A DNA stretch of 64,000 nucleotides from Octopus sinensis (lineage: Eukaryota): the NCBI RefSeq assembly GCF_006345805.1, contig NC_043022.1:1550001-1614000 (forward strand). The letters are read 5' to 3'. Under the pieces are notes generated by a model. The model had not been told where the DNA came from. It searched no databases and saw only the letters and a list, made by a program, of their open reading frames with translations. Position numbers and translations under genes: made by a program. Of the stretch, positions 49,364 to 62,537 are shown piece by piece. The first letter of the stretch is position 1. The number at the start of each line of letters is the position of its first letter.

Positions 49364-49396
49364 TTTGACGTTTCGAGCGGAGCTCTTCGTCGGAAA
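49364..49396 (-). ncRNA. Minimal (33-nt) hammerhead ribozyme, U4C core variant
   Basis: TTT-CCGACGA-A-GAGC tcc GCTC-GAAA-CGT-C-AAA: all three helices close, helix III palindrome ACGT, GUC triplet. Confidence 0.65.
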
Positions 49397-49479
49397 CATG
49401 GGAGAAGGGAAGACAGAAGAAAAAAAATTGCTGGCGGTGCTCACGAGGTCACATATATATATACACACACACACACAAA

Positions 49480-49695
49480 CGAGGGAGTGCTGAAAATTTC
49501 CTGGCTTTGGGTAAAAGAAAATAGAGGAGAATCAGTTAATTATGATTTTATCCAACATATTCCCCTCTCAGATTCACACATTTATTGCAGTGGTCCTTCA
49601 GTTTTTTTGAGCCCTGTAAAAGAACTCGGAAGGTTGGGCCTCCAAACAGCCCTTTCGTGAGACCCTCAAAGCCAGGAACTTTTCAGCAACCCCGC
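49480..49695. mobile_element. Mariner-type MITE
   Basis: Imperfect TIRs cgagggagtgctgaaaatttcctggctttg / caaagccaggaacttttcagcaacccc. Confidence 0.7.
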
Positions 49696-50249
49696 GCGCG
49701 CGTGTGTGTGTGTACTTTTATTCTTTTACTTGTTTCAGCTATTTGACTACGGCCATGCTGGAGCACCGCCTTTAGTCGAACAAATTGACCACAGGGACTT
49801 ATTCTTTGTAAGCCTAGTACTTATCCTATCGGTCTCTTTTGCCGAGCCGCTAAGTTATGGGGACGTAAGCACACCAACATCTGTTGTCAAGCGATAGTGT
49901 GTGTATGTGTGTGAAAACAAAACCGCGCGTGCACACACACATACACGACGGGCTTCTTTCAGGTTCCGCATATTCGTACCTCTGCGTCACTTTGATGGTG
50001 TGTGCTGCTCTCCCATATATACACATACCTACATACATACGTATAGTTACAGATATAATCAGTGGCACTCTGTCGGTTACGACGACGAGGGTTCCAGTTG
50101 ATCCGACCAACAAAACAACCTGCTGAGGTCGTTTCAATCGATTGAAGATCCTTCAAGGTGGTGCCCCAGCATGGTCGCAGTCTGATGATTAAGACAAAGA
50201 TAAATGATGAGAGACTTTTGAAAATGTCTCTTCGTGTTACGTCATTCAT

Positions 50250-50993
50250 TTATTTCTTAGTTAAGTCACATGTTTTAAAATTAGTTACCGACGTAAGTTG
50301 AAGTATGGCCGCAGACATGTAAATATAAGCGATGCGGGTTTATAAAAACACGCGAAAAACTCAAATGGCAGCGTAAGCCAGTGTCAACAGTGGTTCTACA
50401 AATTCCAAGCAGGAAACTACAGCCTAGAAGACGAGCCTCATTCTGGAAGATTTCTAGAACTCAACGTGGACGTCCTGCAAACCTTGGTGGAACAAAATTC
50501 CATTGTTACTGTTGAGGAACTAGCAGAGAAGATTGGATTTGGTCATTCAACCAGTCATTCAAGTCAGCGCTAGAAGAAAAACTACAGTCTTTGGTTTCAA
50601 GACGAAAAGTGTTTTTCCATCAGGATAATGCTAGGTCAGATACAGCGAGGATGACATTCCAAAGGCTGGAGCGGTTTGAATGGGAAACGATGCCCCACCC
50701 ACCATATTCGCCGGACATTGCCCCATTTGAATATCATTTATTCCACAGTCTTCAAAATCATTTGGACGGAAAAAATGTGAATTCTGTAGACGAGGTCAAA
50801 AGAGTAATGGAGGAGTATTTTTTGTCACGAACAAGTGAATTTTGGAAGAGGGGCCCTGCAAGTCTACCAGATAGATGGAAGAGCATTGTGGAAAATGAAG
50901 GAGAGTATATTTTAGATTAAAAAAGTTTGTTTACCTTAATTTTGAAAAAAAAAAAAGGGTAAAAAACTGCATTATTTATGGGATGACCCAATA
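50250..50993 (+). mobile_element. Internally deleted mariner transposon relic
   Basis: HTH part QWFYKFQAGNYSLEDEPHSGR...VEELAEKIG joined to FHQDNAR...PHPPYSPDIAPFEYHLFHSLQNHL...LPDRWKSIVENEGEYILD*; right TIR ttatttatgggatgacccaa followed by TA at 50992-93; left TIR not found. Confidence 0.9.
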
Positions 50994-52994
50994 GAAAAGT
51001 TCTTTTCATTTCTGTTTTTTTTTTTTGTTGTAGGATAAGAATTCTCTGATTCTATGTTCTTTCCTAAGTAACTGTACACCTTCTTTTACCCACCCACCCC
51101 ATATAAACTCTTCCATCAATCCTCGTCGACAGCTAGGGTTCGTTGTTATTCGGTCCGACCATGGGGCTCACAACCGATTATTAAAGCTATAATAAGTAGA
51201 AGAGGAAGGATAATGACCGGCAGATGATGACGACGACGACCATGATTTATCGATCGACCATAATCTTTTCTACTTTACAAATATCGATTTCTCCTTTATT
51301 ACCAGATTCAAAATGATATTTTTTTATAAATTGAGATTAGTTTCTCTTCAGTCGATTAATCTGACCTCTTCTCCACTAAAAATCCTCTCAAAATATTTGT
51401 TTTGTCCCATATTCACCGTATAAAAAAAACAAAACTCAATAAATAGATTCATTACGAACAGTTTTTTTCTTTCTTTCTCCTTTTGTTTTCTTTCCCCTTT
51501 TTCCTGTTCTCTTTTCGGCTTCCTTTCTCCCCTCCATATCCCTCAACCCTTTCTCCACACTATCCCCTAATACATTAACACCCACCCCTAATATATTAAG
51601 AAAGACGTCACGAATTTTCCCTTAGAAATATTTATTACGAAGTGACATATTCTTCATGTAAGACAATAAATGCCATTCAATGAAGCGTGACTTCTTCGAT
51701 GACGTTATGGTCGAGAAGATTATTTTATGATGCTCACTCCAGCCCTTACTTCCACAAATCTCCAATTCCACGCTTCCTGAAATTCGCCAACCCCTGACCT
51801 GCCTTTGCACTCTCCTTTTTTAAAGAATTTTTTAATGCTCACTTTTCTTGTCTTTTCTGTTTTTGTTCTGTGTACTTTGCACGTACTTCTGGCCTTCATT
51901 TACTGTCTTCATTTGCTGCTTTCTCTCCTCTTCAAGCCTTTACATACGACTGCATTCGAGCGCCGTATCCAATAAGCTCATTATTATATGATCGCAAACA
52001 ACTGCCACCATTAAGGCGTCGAACCGGCCACCCCTGCGCCTATATATTTATAATTAGGAATTACTGTATTTCAACGTGTATAAGGAACCCCTTAATTTTT
52101 TGGGGAGGGCTTGAAATTTGGAAAAATGATTTTGTAAGGGTTTGTAATACTATACATGTATAAGAAACTCCCATATTTTTTAAACCTAATTTTTGACAAA
52201 AAAAAAGGGGTCCTTTATACACGTTAAAATACAGTATGTTAAAAAATAAAAAAAATTTGGGTATTGCTGGTGTGTTTACGTCCCCGTCACTTAGCGGTTC
52301 GGCAAAAGAGACCGATAGAATAAGTACTGGGCTTACAAAGAATAAGTCCCGGGGTCGATTTGATCGACTAAAAGGCGGTGCTCCAGCATGGCCGCAGTCA
52401 AATGACTGAAACAAGTAAAAAAAGTAAAAAAAAAAAGAGTATTGTACAATAGGAGTATAAACAATTTATTGCAGATGAATTTTAACAAAATCTTAAATGG
52501 GCCCCGTCGCAAGAGTCATATGGGCCCTCGTTCAGGGCCACAAATGGAAATTGTTGCAGCAGTTTGTTGGCACCGGCGCTGATAATGACGGTGCTGCTGA
52601 TGGTGGTGGCAGAACACGAAGAGGTAGAAGGGATCTGAATCTCGAAAAATGACCGCCGAGTCTTGGGTGCCAGAGAATGATGATATAATCTGGTGAAGGC
52701 AGACATAAATATTTATACGTCACCGAGATTTGCTAACAACGAAAACAACAGCATCGCCGCCGCCGCCGGTTGCAACGGTGAGAGCAAGGAGCAAATGTTT
52801 AGAAATCGGTGCAGGGCAAACCTCGCCAGACACCTAAGGATCTCCACGTTTTAGTAAACATTGTCTCTTTGTGTCGGGTAGGCGGGCGGGCGGGTGGGTG
52901 CAGGGGGAGACAGAGGTGCGCAGACGTGTACACGCGCGTTTGTGTGTATGTGTGTGTGTGTGTATATATGCGCCCATGTGTAATAGTGTGTGTA

Positions 52995-53042
<48 letters not shown>

Positions 53043-53924
53043 TACATACATACACACCCATGTATAATCGTGTATGTTCATGTACATGCGCACAAACATA
53101 GCTATTCATATACATACGTGTGTATCTATGCATGTGTGTGTACACGTATGTATATGTACGTGTGTGTGTGTATATATGCGTAGACGTGTATGTGGGAGTG
53201 TATACACGTACGTGTATGTACATGTGCGTGTGTATGTGTATAAACGCGTGCGTGAGATGTATACACACACATTATACTACGGGCTACGTGTCTAAATGTA
53301 CTCAACTTAGGCAAGTGTATATATATATATTCCAAGATTTAATGTATACATCATATAAGAAAGTGTATATATGTGTGTATATATTGTTTATCTTGAATGT
53401 TTATGTTGCTAAAATTTCACGGAAGCCCTGCAAACAATCGAAGACATGTTTGCATACGTGTAATACTTATGTGTGTTCCCTAACATTAATACCCCATCCA
53501 ATTACCTATCCCTTGCAATTTGTGTGGAGTGTGGGTGTTATGTGTATATTTCCATCCTGAAACAAAGGCCCTCATATCTTCTGTTTGCGTGTGAGTAATT
53601 GAATATAAAGCTGGCATGACTCAATTTCATGCGAAGCAGTCATCGTTTATATCTCCGGGTACGTCTAGCCTTTGACCTTTCTTAACACATCCCCAAACCC
53701 TTAAACTCTTCTCCCATCAAAACGATACATTTTAATTTGGCAAAGCCACACACACACACGGTTGCATATACCCGTTTAAAAAGTCTTGAGGAATTAGAAT
53801 TTAAGGCGAAGTACTCAATCCATAAAGTAGAGTAGAATACGTTTGTTTCTTCGACAAAAACTAATCGCGTTTCTCTCAGTCTCATAAACTTTCAAAAGAA
53901 TGAAACGCAACAAGTCCAGCAATT

Positions 53925-54545
53925 TTTAGGGATGGGGGTTAGTCGAGTTCATTGACCCCGAAGTGATGAAAGGCAAAGTTGACCACGGTTAGATATGAAC
54001 TCAGAAGTAACGCTGCGAAGCATTTTCCCCAGCGCTTTAACGATTCTGCCAGCTCACCACAATTACAGTAATAACATTCTAATAGTCAAGGCGGGGGTCG
54101 ATAAATTAAGTACCAGTTACGCACTGGGGTCGATTTAATCGACTTAATCCCTTTGTCTGTCCGTGTTAGTCCCCTCTGTGTTTAGCCCCTTGTGGGCAAT
54201 AAAGAAATAAGAAACGTTAGCACGCCGGTCGAAATGCTTAGCGGTATTTCGTCTGCTGCTAAGTTCTGCGTTCAAATTCCGCCGAGGTCGACTTTGTCTT
54301 ACATCCTTCGGGGGTCGATAATTTAAGTACCAGTTTCGTACTGGGGTCGATGTAATCGACTGGCCCCCTCCCCAAAATTTCGGGCCTTGTGCCTAGAGTA
54401 GAAAAGAATATGCTAATAGCCAGAAGGCTTAAAATTCTGGCCTAAAATCGACCCTAGTGTGCAACTGGTACTTATTTTATCGACTTCGAAAGGATGAACG
54501 ACAAAGTCGACCTCGGCAGGATTTGAACTTGGAATGTAAAGAGTA
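53925..54545. mobile_element. Cluster of SINE family B copies in mixed orientation
   Basis: Same consensus, four partial or nested copies. Confidence 0.75.
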
Positions 54546-57388
54546 GAAGCAGTGGGAGAGCATCATAGTCGAGAAGAATTCTGTGGGTTTGGATAATTCA
54601 ACCCTGAAAACCTGGTTTTATCATCCTTAAACCTTACTCAGGGACCTTTTGACTGGGATGGGCTACTCGACCTGAAGAAAATTCTAACTGGGCCCCACCT
54701 GCAAGGTATCTTGATATGAGATCACCATCTTGCGCACATATGGTTGTGATGCATGCGCCTGGTGTACCCTTATCAGACGAGCAGTCAAGATGGGTTTATT
54801 GGGGTCCGCATATTTGTACCCTAGTGTCACTTTGATGGTATGCGCTGCTTCCTCACTTAATAATAGAAATAATAATAATGCATATGTGTATACTTAAGCA
54901 CGTGCAATAATTTTTGCGTGTATATAATAATACGCGAGTATGTGTGTTTGGTTATGTGTAAACCATGAAAGAGGTGGGAGTAGCCGAGGCCTACACCGTA
55001 AGGTAAGCAATGTTATTGATTTCAAGATAGATCTGGCCTCATTCAATGCTTGTTTACACGCTCGGCTCTTAACTCGGCCTTTACTATTGACACGACACTG
55101 TTTCATTATTTAGACAGATCTGGCCGGCCAAGCCATAGTTGTGCCTCGTTCAATGGCTGTTTACACGTCCAGCCCCCGACTCTGGTTTTACTATTGACAC
55201 GGCACTGTTTAGTTTAGTTATTTAGCATTAATACAACAGGGATTACGGGCGTCACTACACTTTACTTTGGTTCAATACCCACCCACCCCACTCACCACCT
55301 CTCATATGTACAAACACACATATGTACAAATATATATATATAAACGTGCACGCTTATATACATATAGATTTATATAAATGTACACGTATACACACATATA
55401 TATACCCAGACGTGTAGACTGACGCATACATATTCACATACACACACACAACATCAATCAATCACAGACGTAATCAGATACATACAAACACATATCCAAA
55501 CGCAAACATACACACACATACACACAATCAATCATGCATATAAACACACACTCTTACATAATCAGATCCACACACACACACACACATCAGCATATATATA
55601 TATATATATAGAAACGTGCATACACGCATATAGAAATATAGTTATGCATGCATATACAAACACATACTCAAAAATACATACATACACGCGCACACACACA
55701 CACACACGCACGCACACACACACACACGCACACAAACTGCTATAGCAAAAAAAACAAACAAACAAGCAAACACAAAGCTATACAAAAAACCATTACAAAA
55801 ACCATCAAAAGATTGAGGTGAGCGAATTCCCAGGCACCCCTCCCACCCCGCCTGAACACCCCACTGCCACCCGACAAACGGACAAACATAACTTGTACTC
55901 CTTGTCAAAAAAAAAAAAACCTGTTGTGATGAGAATCCACCACTACCACCACTACCACAACATATAATTACAACCACCACCACCATCACCACTTCTACAA
56001 TTATATTACAACTATCACCACCACCACCACCACCACTACTACTACTACTACTACTTCTACTACCATCACTACCACCACCACCACCGCCACTACTACTACA
56101 AATGGTACAACTACCACCACCGCCACTATTCCACCGTCTACTACTACCATCTCCATCATTACTGATGTTCTGATTTCAGCACAAGGCCATCTTCGGAATG
56201 GTCACGTCCGGCCTACATTCACCCACTGTTTGACACGATCCCCCATAAGCCAGAAATTCTAGACGGTTGCTCCTTACGTTGGAACAAGGAGATACAAATT
56301 TAGGGGGAAAGGAAGCAGATGATTGTATCGGCTCCAGTGTATGACTGGTACTTTGTTCTATTGCGGCCCTCTCTGAAGGAGCAGAGAAAGTTGACCGCAG
56401 TGTGATTTGAACTCGGAATGTTCAAGGAACGTAAGGGAAAAAAACTGCAGGCCACTGTTCCACTGATTCTGCTGACGAAAATTGTCTCCAATTGTTACAC
56501 ACACACACACACGTTGCAAACGCACACAGAAATAATACTCGTACACATACAGACACACACACACACACACACACATACATGCATACATACATACATACGT
56601 ACATACATCATACATACATACATCATACATACATACATACATACACACATACATACACACATACATACACACATACGTACACACGTACATACAGACATAC
56701 AGACATACATACATACATACATACAGATATCCATACATATGCGTTTGTACATATATAAATATGGATATACATACATACATACAATCAAACACACACACAC
56801 ATACTCAGATACATGTTCATACAGAGGTACACAGACAGACCTTGCAAACACACAAAATACGCGTACGCATACAGACACTCACGTACACACACACACACAC
56901 ACATGCATACATACATACACACCAAGATACACATACGTCAAAAGCCGACTCGTGCCAGTTTCGAAACCAAACAGGAATCTGGACCCTCTCCAGGTTGCAA
57001 GGTCCGCCGTCCATGATGAGAACCTTCAAACAAAATGCCGACCTCGGCGGAATTTAAACGCAGAACGTAAAGACGGACGAAAAAGCGCAAAGGATTTTTG
57101 TTTGTTGCACTAACGATTCTGACCGCTGGTCGCTCTCAACGATCTTGTAATATTATGCAACCTATTGCATATAGTCTGCTATCAATTTAATAGATCTGCA
57201 TTTTCAGTGTGTGTATGGGTAGTTTTCTTCTTCTTCGAAGTAGAGTATTTACTGAGGATTCGCTCTGTTAGCCGGGATTTGCCGGAACGCTGATTCAGGA
57301 TTAATAGATCCGAGCTGCATCCTCAGTCAGCACTACTGCAAATACCTGCTAACAGTGTGTATGAGTGTGCGTGTGGATACACACACAT

Positions 57389-57419
<31 letters not shown>

Positions 57420-57741
57420 GTATTTCGAAATGATAATTTTACCAGTTTAGCCAATAAATCTTGCACAACAAATATATAAACGTAATAATAATAATATAAA
57501 TTTGTGTGTGTGTGTGTGTGTGTAAGGTAGACAGTGGAAAACAGATATAACAATCCTTTATTCGTTTATATGGATAAATAAATAAAGGATTATTGTATCT
57601 GTTTCCATTGTCTACCTTCTTAAATTTTCTCGGGACCTACTACGTAAAGTATTTTGACTGGAATTAGTACCATGTGTGGGGCCAGAATCAAATTTGAGAC
57701 GGACTAAATTGATATCTACCTGGACATGTCTCCCTACTTTG

Positions 57742-57775
<34 letters not shown>

Positions 57776-58356
57776 TATAGACTCGTCTATTACGAATGCT
57801 TTTGTTTGGAGTGGGATATCAACAAATTTCTGAATCTAATCTACATAAACTGAAGAAAATCTAAATATAGAAAATACTACTACTACTACCTACTACTACT
57901 ACTACTACACTACTACAGGCATTATGCTGTTAGAACCAGCTCCTCTTGCATATAAATAATCGAAATGCTAAACAGGTCGGTATATCTACAATTCGATCAC
58001 ACACACATAATGGTAGAGTACAGATTCATGCACGCACCCCCCCACACACACATACACACTCACACACTCGTAGTGTACTAACTTATCTCTCTCTCTCTCT
58101 CCACACACACACATATATATATACACACACACACACAGACCAATTAATGATATATACGCAACGATCGGACTCCTACTCACAATATACTCTCGCCAAGTAC
58201 GTACACACACACACACACACACACATACACACACACATACACACACACATACACACACACATACACACACACATACACACACACATACACACACACACAC
58301 ATACACACACATATACACACACACATACACACACACACAGGTGCAATTACTTTATA

Positions 58357-58395
<39 letters not shown>

Positions 58396-58544
58396 TCGTT
58401 CACTCACTCACATTAAGACGTTTATCAACGTATGTACCTATGTGTGTGCATGTATTTATATATATATCCACACACGCAGATGTTACAAGCAGGAAAGTCG
58501 AACACATACCGTCAGAGGCCACATAACACACACACACACACTAC

Positions 58545-59135
58545 ACATCGTGCATACATACACAAACGCATCGTGCATACACACTCACATACATCGTGCA
58601 CACTCACACACACATCATGTATACATACATCGTGCATACATACACACACACATCATGCATACACACACACACACATCGTGCATACACATCCACACACACA
58701 TCGTGCATACACACATACACACACATCGTGCATACACATCCACACACATCGTGCATACACATCCACACACACATCGTGCATACACACCCACACACACATG
58801 GTGCATACACATCCACACACACATCGTGCATACACACACACACATCGTGCACACTCACACACACATCATGTATACATACATCGTGCATACACACCCACAC
58901 ACACATCGTGCATACACATCCACACACACATCGTGCATACACATCCACACACACATCGTGCACACTCACACACACATCATGTATACATACATCGTGCATA
59001 CACATCCACACACACATCGTGCATACACACACACAATCGTGCATACACACACACACACACACATCGTGCATACACACACACACACACATCGTGCATACAC
59101 ACACACACACACATCGTGCATACACACCCACACAC
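58545..59135. repeat. CA-derived minisatellite, about 25-bp unit (ACACACATCGTGCATACACATCCAC)
   Basis: More than 20 units with the CATCGTGCA core. Confidence 0.9.
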
Positions 59136-59214
59136 ACACACAGAGGCGGCAAAAGAAGGCAGCATTGCATGCACGAACGACAAGATAATGTAGAACATTA
59201 AGAAACAGCAACAT

Positions 59215-59425
59215 ATATATATACACACATACATATACATACTTATATATATATACATACATATACATACTTATATATATATACACACACATACATATAC
59301 ATACTTATATTTATATATACACACACATACATATACATACTTATATATATATACACACACATACATATACATACTTATATTTATATATACACACATACAT
59401 ATACATACTTATATATATATACTCA
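59215..59425. repeat. TA/CA minisatellite, about 32-42-bp unit ending catatacatactt
   Basis: About six units. Confidence 0.85.
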
Positions 59426-59534
59426 CGCATACATACATACATACATACGCATTTATGTGCGCATACATTTATACACACATGTATTCATTTATCTGTTTAA
59501 CTAATGCCACACACACACACACACACACACACAA

Positions 59535-59572
<38 letters not shown>

Positions 59573-59974
59573 TGTACCTAAAAGCTGATAAATTAAACAT
59601 GTGTTTCTCCACATGTGTTTTTGTAGACACCAGATTATGAATACGCAATGAGGCAGGCTTGGCCGAATGGTTAACAAGTTCGTTTCTCAATCGTGAATTC
59701 TTCCTGGTTCGATCCCCACCAACCCCAGAAAAATGGAAACTGTGTGGAGATTCTGTGACCGGGACTGGTTGCAAGTTTGTATTTCCGACTGCCACACTGT
59801 GTCACATTAATTCTGCTCAAGAGTCTATATCAAAAGTGGAACTCTGAGGTATACTCAACCAGCATGCTTATCTTTTGAGAGCAACTAAGTACAGTCAATC
59901 CTTTCGACATTGGGATATTGTAATATGAGATTAGAATGAGAAAAGGAATAAACAGTGACGTCATGAATTGCATT

Positions 59975-60042
59975 AGCTTACATCTGTTTCAACCAAAAGA
60001 TAAACTTCACTCATAACTGAGTGTTTGCGTATCATCGGAGCT
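59975..60042 (-). ncRNA. Degenerate hammerhead motif
   Basis: AGCT-CCGATGA-...-GAAA-CAGATGT-A-AGCT; stem I perfect, helix III one change from ACAGCTGT, stem II weak. Confidence 0.5.
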
Positions 60043-60081
60043 TCAAAAATAAGGGCAAGTTTATTTAGGTAAGTTTTATAT

Positions 60082-60247
60082 ATAGGCACAGGATTGGCAG
60101 TGTGGTAAGAAGCTTGCTTCACAACCACACGGTTCTGGATTCAGTCCCACTGCGTGGCACCTTCGACAAGTATCTTCTACAATAACCTCGGGCCGACCAA
60201 AGCCTTGTAAATAGATTTGGTAGACGGAAACTGAAAGAAGCCCGTCG

Positions 60248-60280
<33 letters not shown>

Positions 60281-60480
60281 TTGTGCGTCTGTTTGTATCC
60301 CCCATCACCGTCACTTGACAACCGATGCTGGTGTGTTTCTGTCTCCGTAACTTAGCGGTTCGGCAAAAGAGACCGATAGAATAAGTACTAGGCTTACAAC
60401 GAATAAGTCGTGGGGTCGATTTGTTCGGCCAAAGGCGGTGCTCCAGCATGGCCGCAGTCAAATGACTGAAACAAGTAAAA
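60082..60480 (+). mobile_element. SINE family A
   Basis: Same consensus. Confidence 0.85.
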
Positions 60481-60956
60481 GCACACATATATATATATAT
60501 ATGTGGTGTGTGCGTGTGTGTATGTAAACTGTCCAAAACTGTAAGGACATCTGGTAACTTGACTGAAGAAAGGCCACAAATGACCCGTCCTTTTTTTCTT
60601 GTTCGCCTTTGTATCGTCTATCTGTCCGAATGTTTTGTTGTCCTCTATTGCGTTTTTGTTCCATTATATACGTACACACACACACACACACACACACACC
60701 ACATATATATATACATACATACATACGAGCTAAATCTAATTTATCCACCTGAACACGTGCATATACAACCAAAAATAATACCGCAGTGAATTTTCTGGTC
60801 TGAGTAATTTGTATTTGTTTAATAATCAATAAAATCCTTATAAGATTTTATTAAGTAGCCAGCATGCAACGAACCATATAGATATAATTAATACAAATAT
60901 ATTATATAATTATATAAATATGATAATCAGGCATAATGGATAGCGTCACATGTTAC

Positions 60957-61003
<47 letters not shown>

Positions 61004-61045
61004 TATAGAATACTTTATTTAAAGCAGCAGAAAATTCAACAAAAT

Positions 61046-61082
61046 CTGTTACTCTGAGTTTCTGTTGCCGTTCATCAGACAG
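61046..61082 (-). ncRNA. Minimal hammerhead motif, stem II degenerate
   Basis: CTGT-CTGATGA-ACGGCAACA-GAAA-CTCAGAGT-A-ACAG; helix III ACTC/GAGT, GUA triplet, 4-bp stem I. Confidence 0.55.
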
Positions 61083-61146
61083 TTTTTGTTAGAATGGAAC
61101 CGATATATCAATTCAATCCAGACTCTTACAAACGCTACACCTTTAA

Positions 61147-61199
<53 letters not shown>

Positions 61200-61262
61200 T
61201 ATTATATTACATATATATATATATATATATATAATAATATATATATTATATATATATATATA

Positions 61263-61778
61263 TAGGTTATAAAATGAGATAGGGGTTGAAAATTCAACCC
61301 ACCATGGGATAATATATATCCAATATACTGCTAGATAGGTACCCAACAAGACTAATATATAAATGTAGCATTATGAAGTTTATGCATAAGTTTTTATATT
61401 TTACATTTTTATATTTTTATATTTATATGTATATGGTTAAATAATCTTTTTCACAATTATAACAAATTTAATTCTCTGAAGAGGCCGTGGGGCATCCTTG
61501 TTAATGCCTCATTTATACCTGCCTTTATGGCTTATAGGTTAAATGAGGTATGACTGCCCTCACTGCCGAAACAGCTGTCAGATTTGATTTAATTACATAT
61601 TATATTGAAATTTTATACTTATATCTCTTTGTCTATTTACTTTTAGTGTATTTTTTGTATAATGCCTTTACTGATATGTAATGGTGTAATAAAGTATTGA
61701 TGGGTATCATCTGATAGTTGATGTTTTATTGATTTAAGTATGTTTCTTTCTCTATTTCTCATTTTCTAATTTTGTAGT
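61263..61778 (+). mobile_element. About 515-bp non-coding hammerhead-bearing element (Penelope-like terminal repeat or non-autonomous derivative) between (TA)n tracts
   Basis: Hammerhead plus AT-rich tail with AATAAA (61688-93) ending ...tttctctatttctcattttctaattttgta; related tails at 11450-11645, 13115-13310 and 26122-26546. Confidence 0.6.
61470..61585 (+). ncRNA. Type I hammerhead ribozyme, intact core (Penelope/retrozyme-like)
   Basis: Stem I TCT/AGA (plus aa/tt); CTGAAGA at 61476-82; long stem II starting GGC/GCC; GAAA at 61568-71; palindromic helix III ACAGCTGT; GUC cleavage triplet ending at 61579. Confidence 0.85.
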
Positions 61779-61803
61779 ATATATATATATATATAATATA
61801 TAT

Positions 61804-61840
<37 letters not shown>

Positions 61841-62121
61841 CTATCAGGAGGTATGAGATGAATATATTATTTCAGCAGTTGGCATCTCCATATGATGATG
61901 ATCGTTTCGCAGCCAACATCATGTAAACAAATTTATTTTAGTGTATAATAAATTATTCTACATGCTTACACTAGTGTGAATGTACATTTTACAAACTGAA
62001 GGAGCTGTTTTATGATTACCATCAGTTTATATAAATCCATATATTGTGCAATAATATATATATTATATCGGATTAAAGAGGATTTTGAAATCGGAGCTGT
62101 ACCCTCAGTATTGCCTGCTTG

Positions 62122-62236
62122 AACTGCCTGACGAGATGAACATGGATCACATGTAACATGTTGTAAAATGTAATCCTTTATATTTAGATTCATGATCGTT
62201 CAGGACCATGTATTGTTGAAACGATCGTAATGTAGG
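62122..62236 (+). ncRNA. Hammerhead-like motif followed by AATAAA
   Basis: CTGACGA at 62128-34; GAAA at 62218-21; palindromic helix III ACGATCGT; GUA triplet; stem II wobble-rich, stem I offset by 2 nt. Confidence 0.5.
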
Positions 62237-62380
62237 AATAAACGTAACAGCGTCACCGTCGTTCTTGGTCTTTATATGTGTGTGCATGCATCTATATAAT
62301 ACACATGCATGCATAAATGCACATATACACGCAATAAAAATACAAACGTCTACATATCTATCTATCTATCTGTCTGTCTA

Positions 62381-62416
<36 letters not shown>

Positions 62417-62424
62417 TCTATATA

Positions 62425-62460
<36 letters not shown>

Positions 62461-62496
62461 CCTGTCTGTCTGTCTACCTGTCTGTCTGTCTATCTA

Positions 62497-62537
<41 letters not shown>

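Noticed and set aside
52480-52800. GC-rich non-repetitive patch with short ORFs on both strands
   Set aside because: No consistent splice sites or recognisable protein motif; possibly regulatory but unsupported.
53860-53885. CTGAGA-GAAACGCG on the minus strand
   Set aside because: No stem II or stem I pairing; chance resemblance to a hammerhead core.
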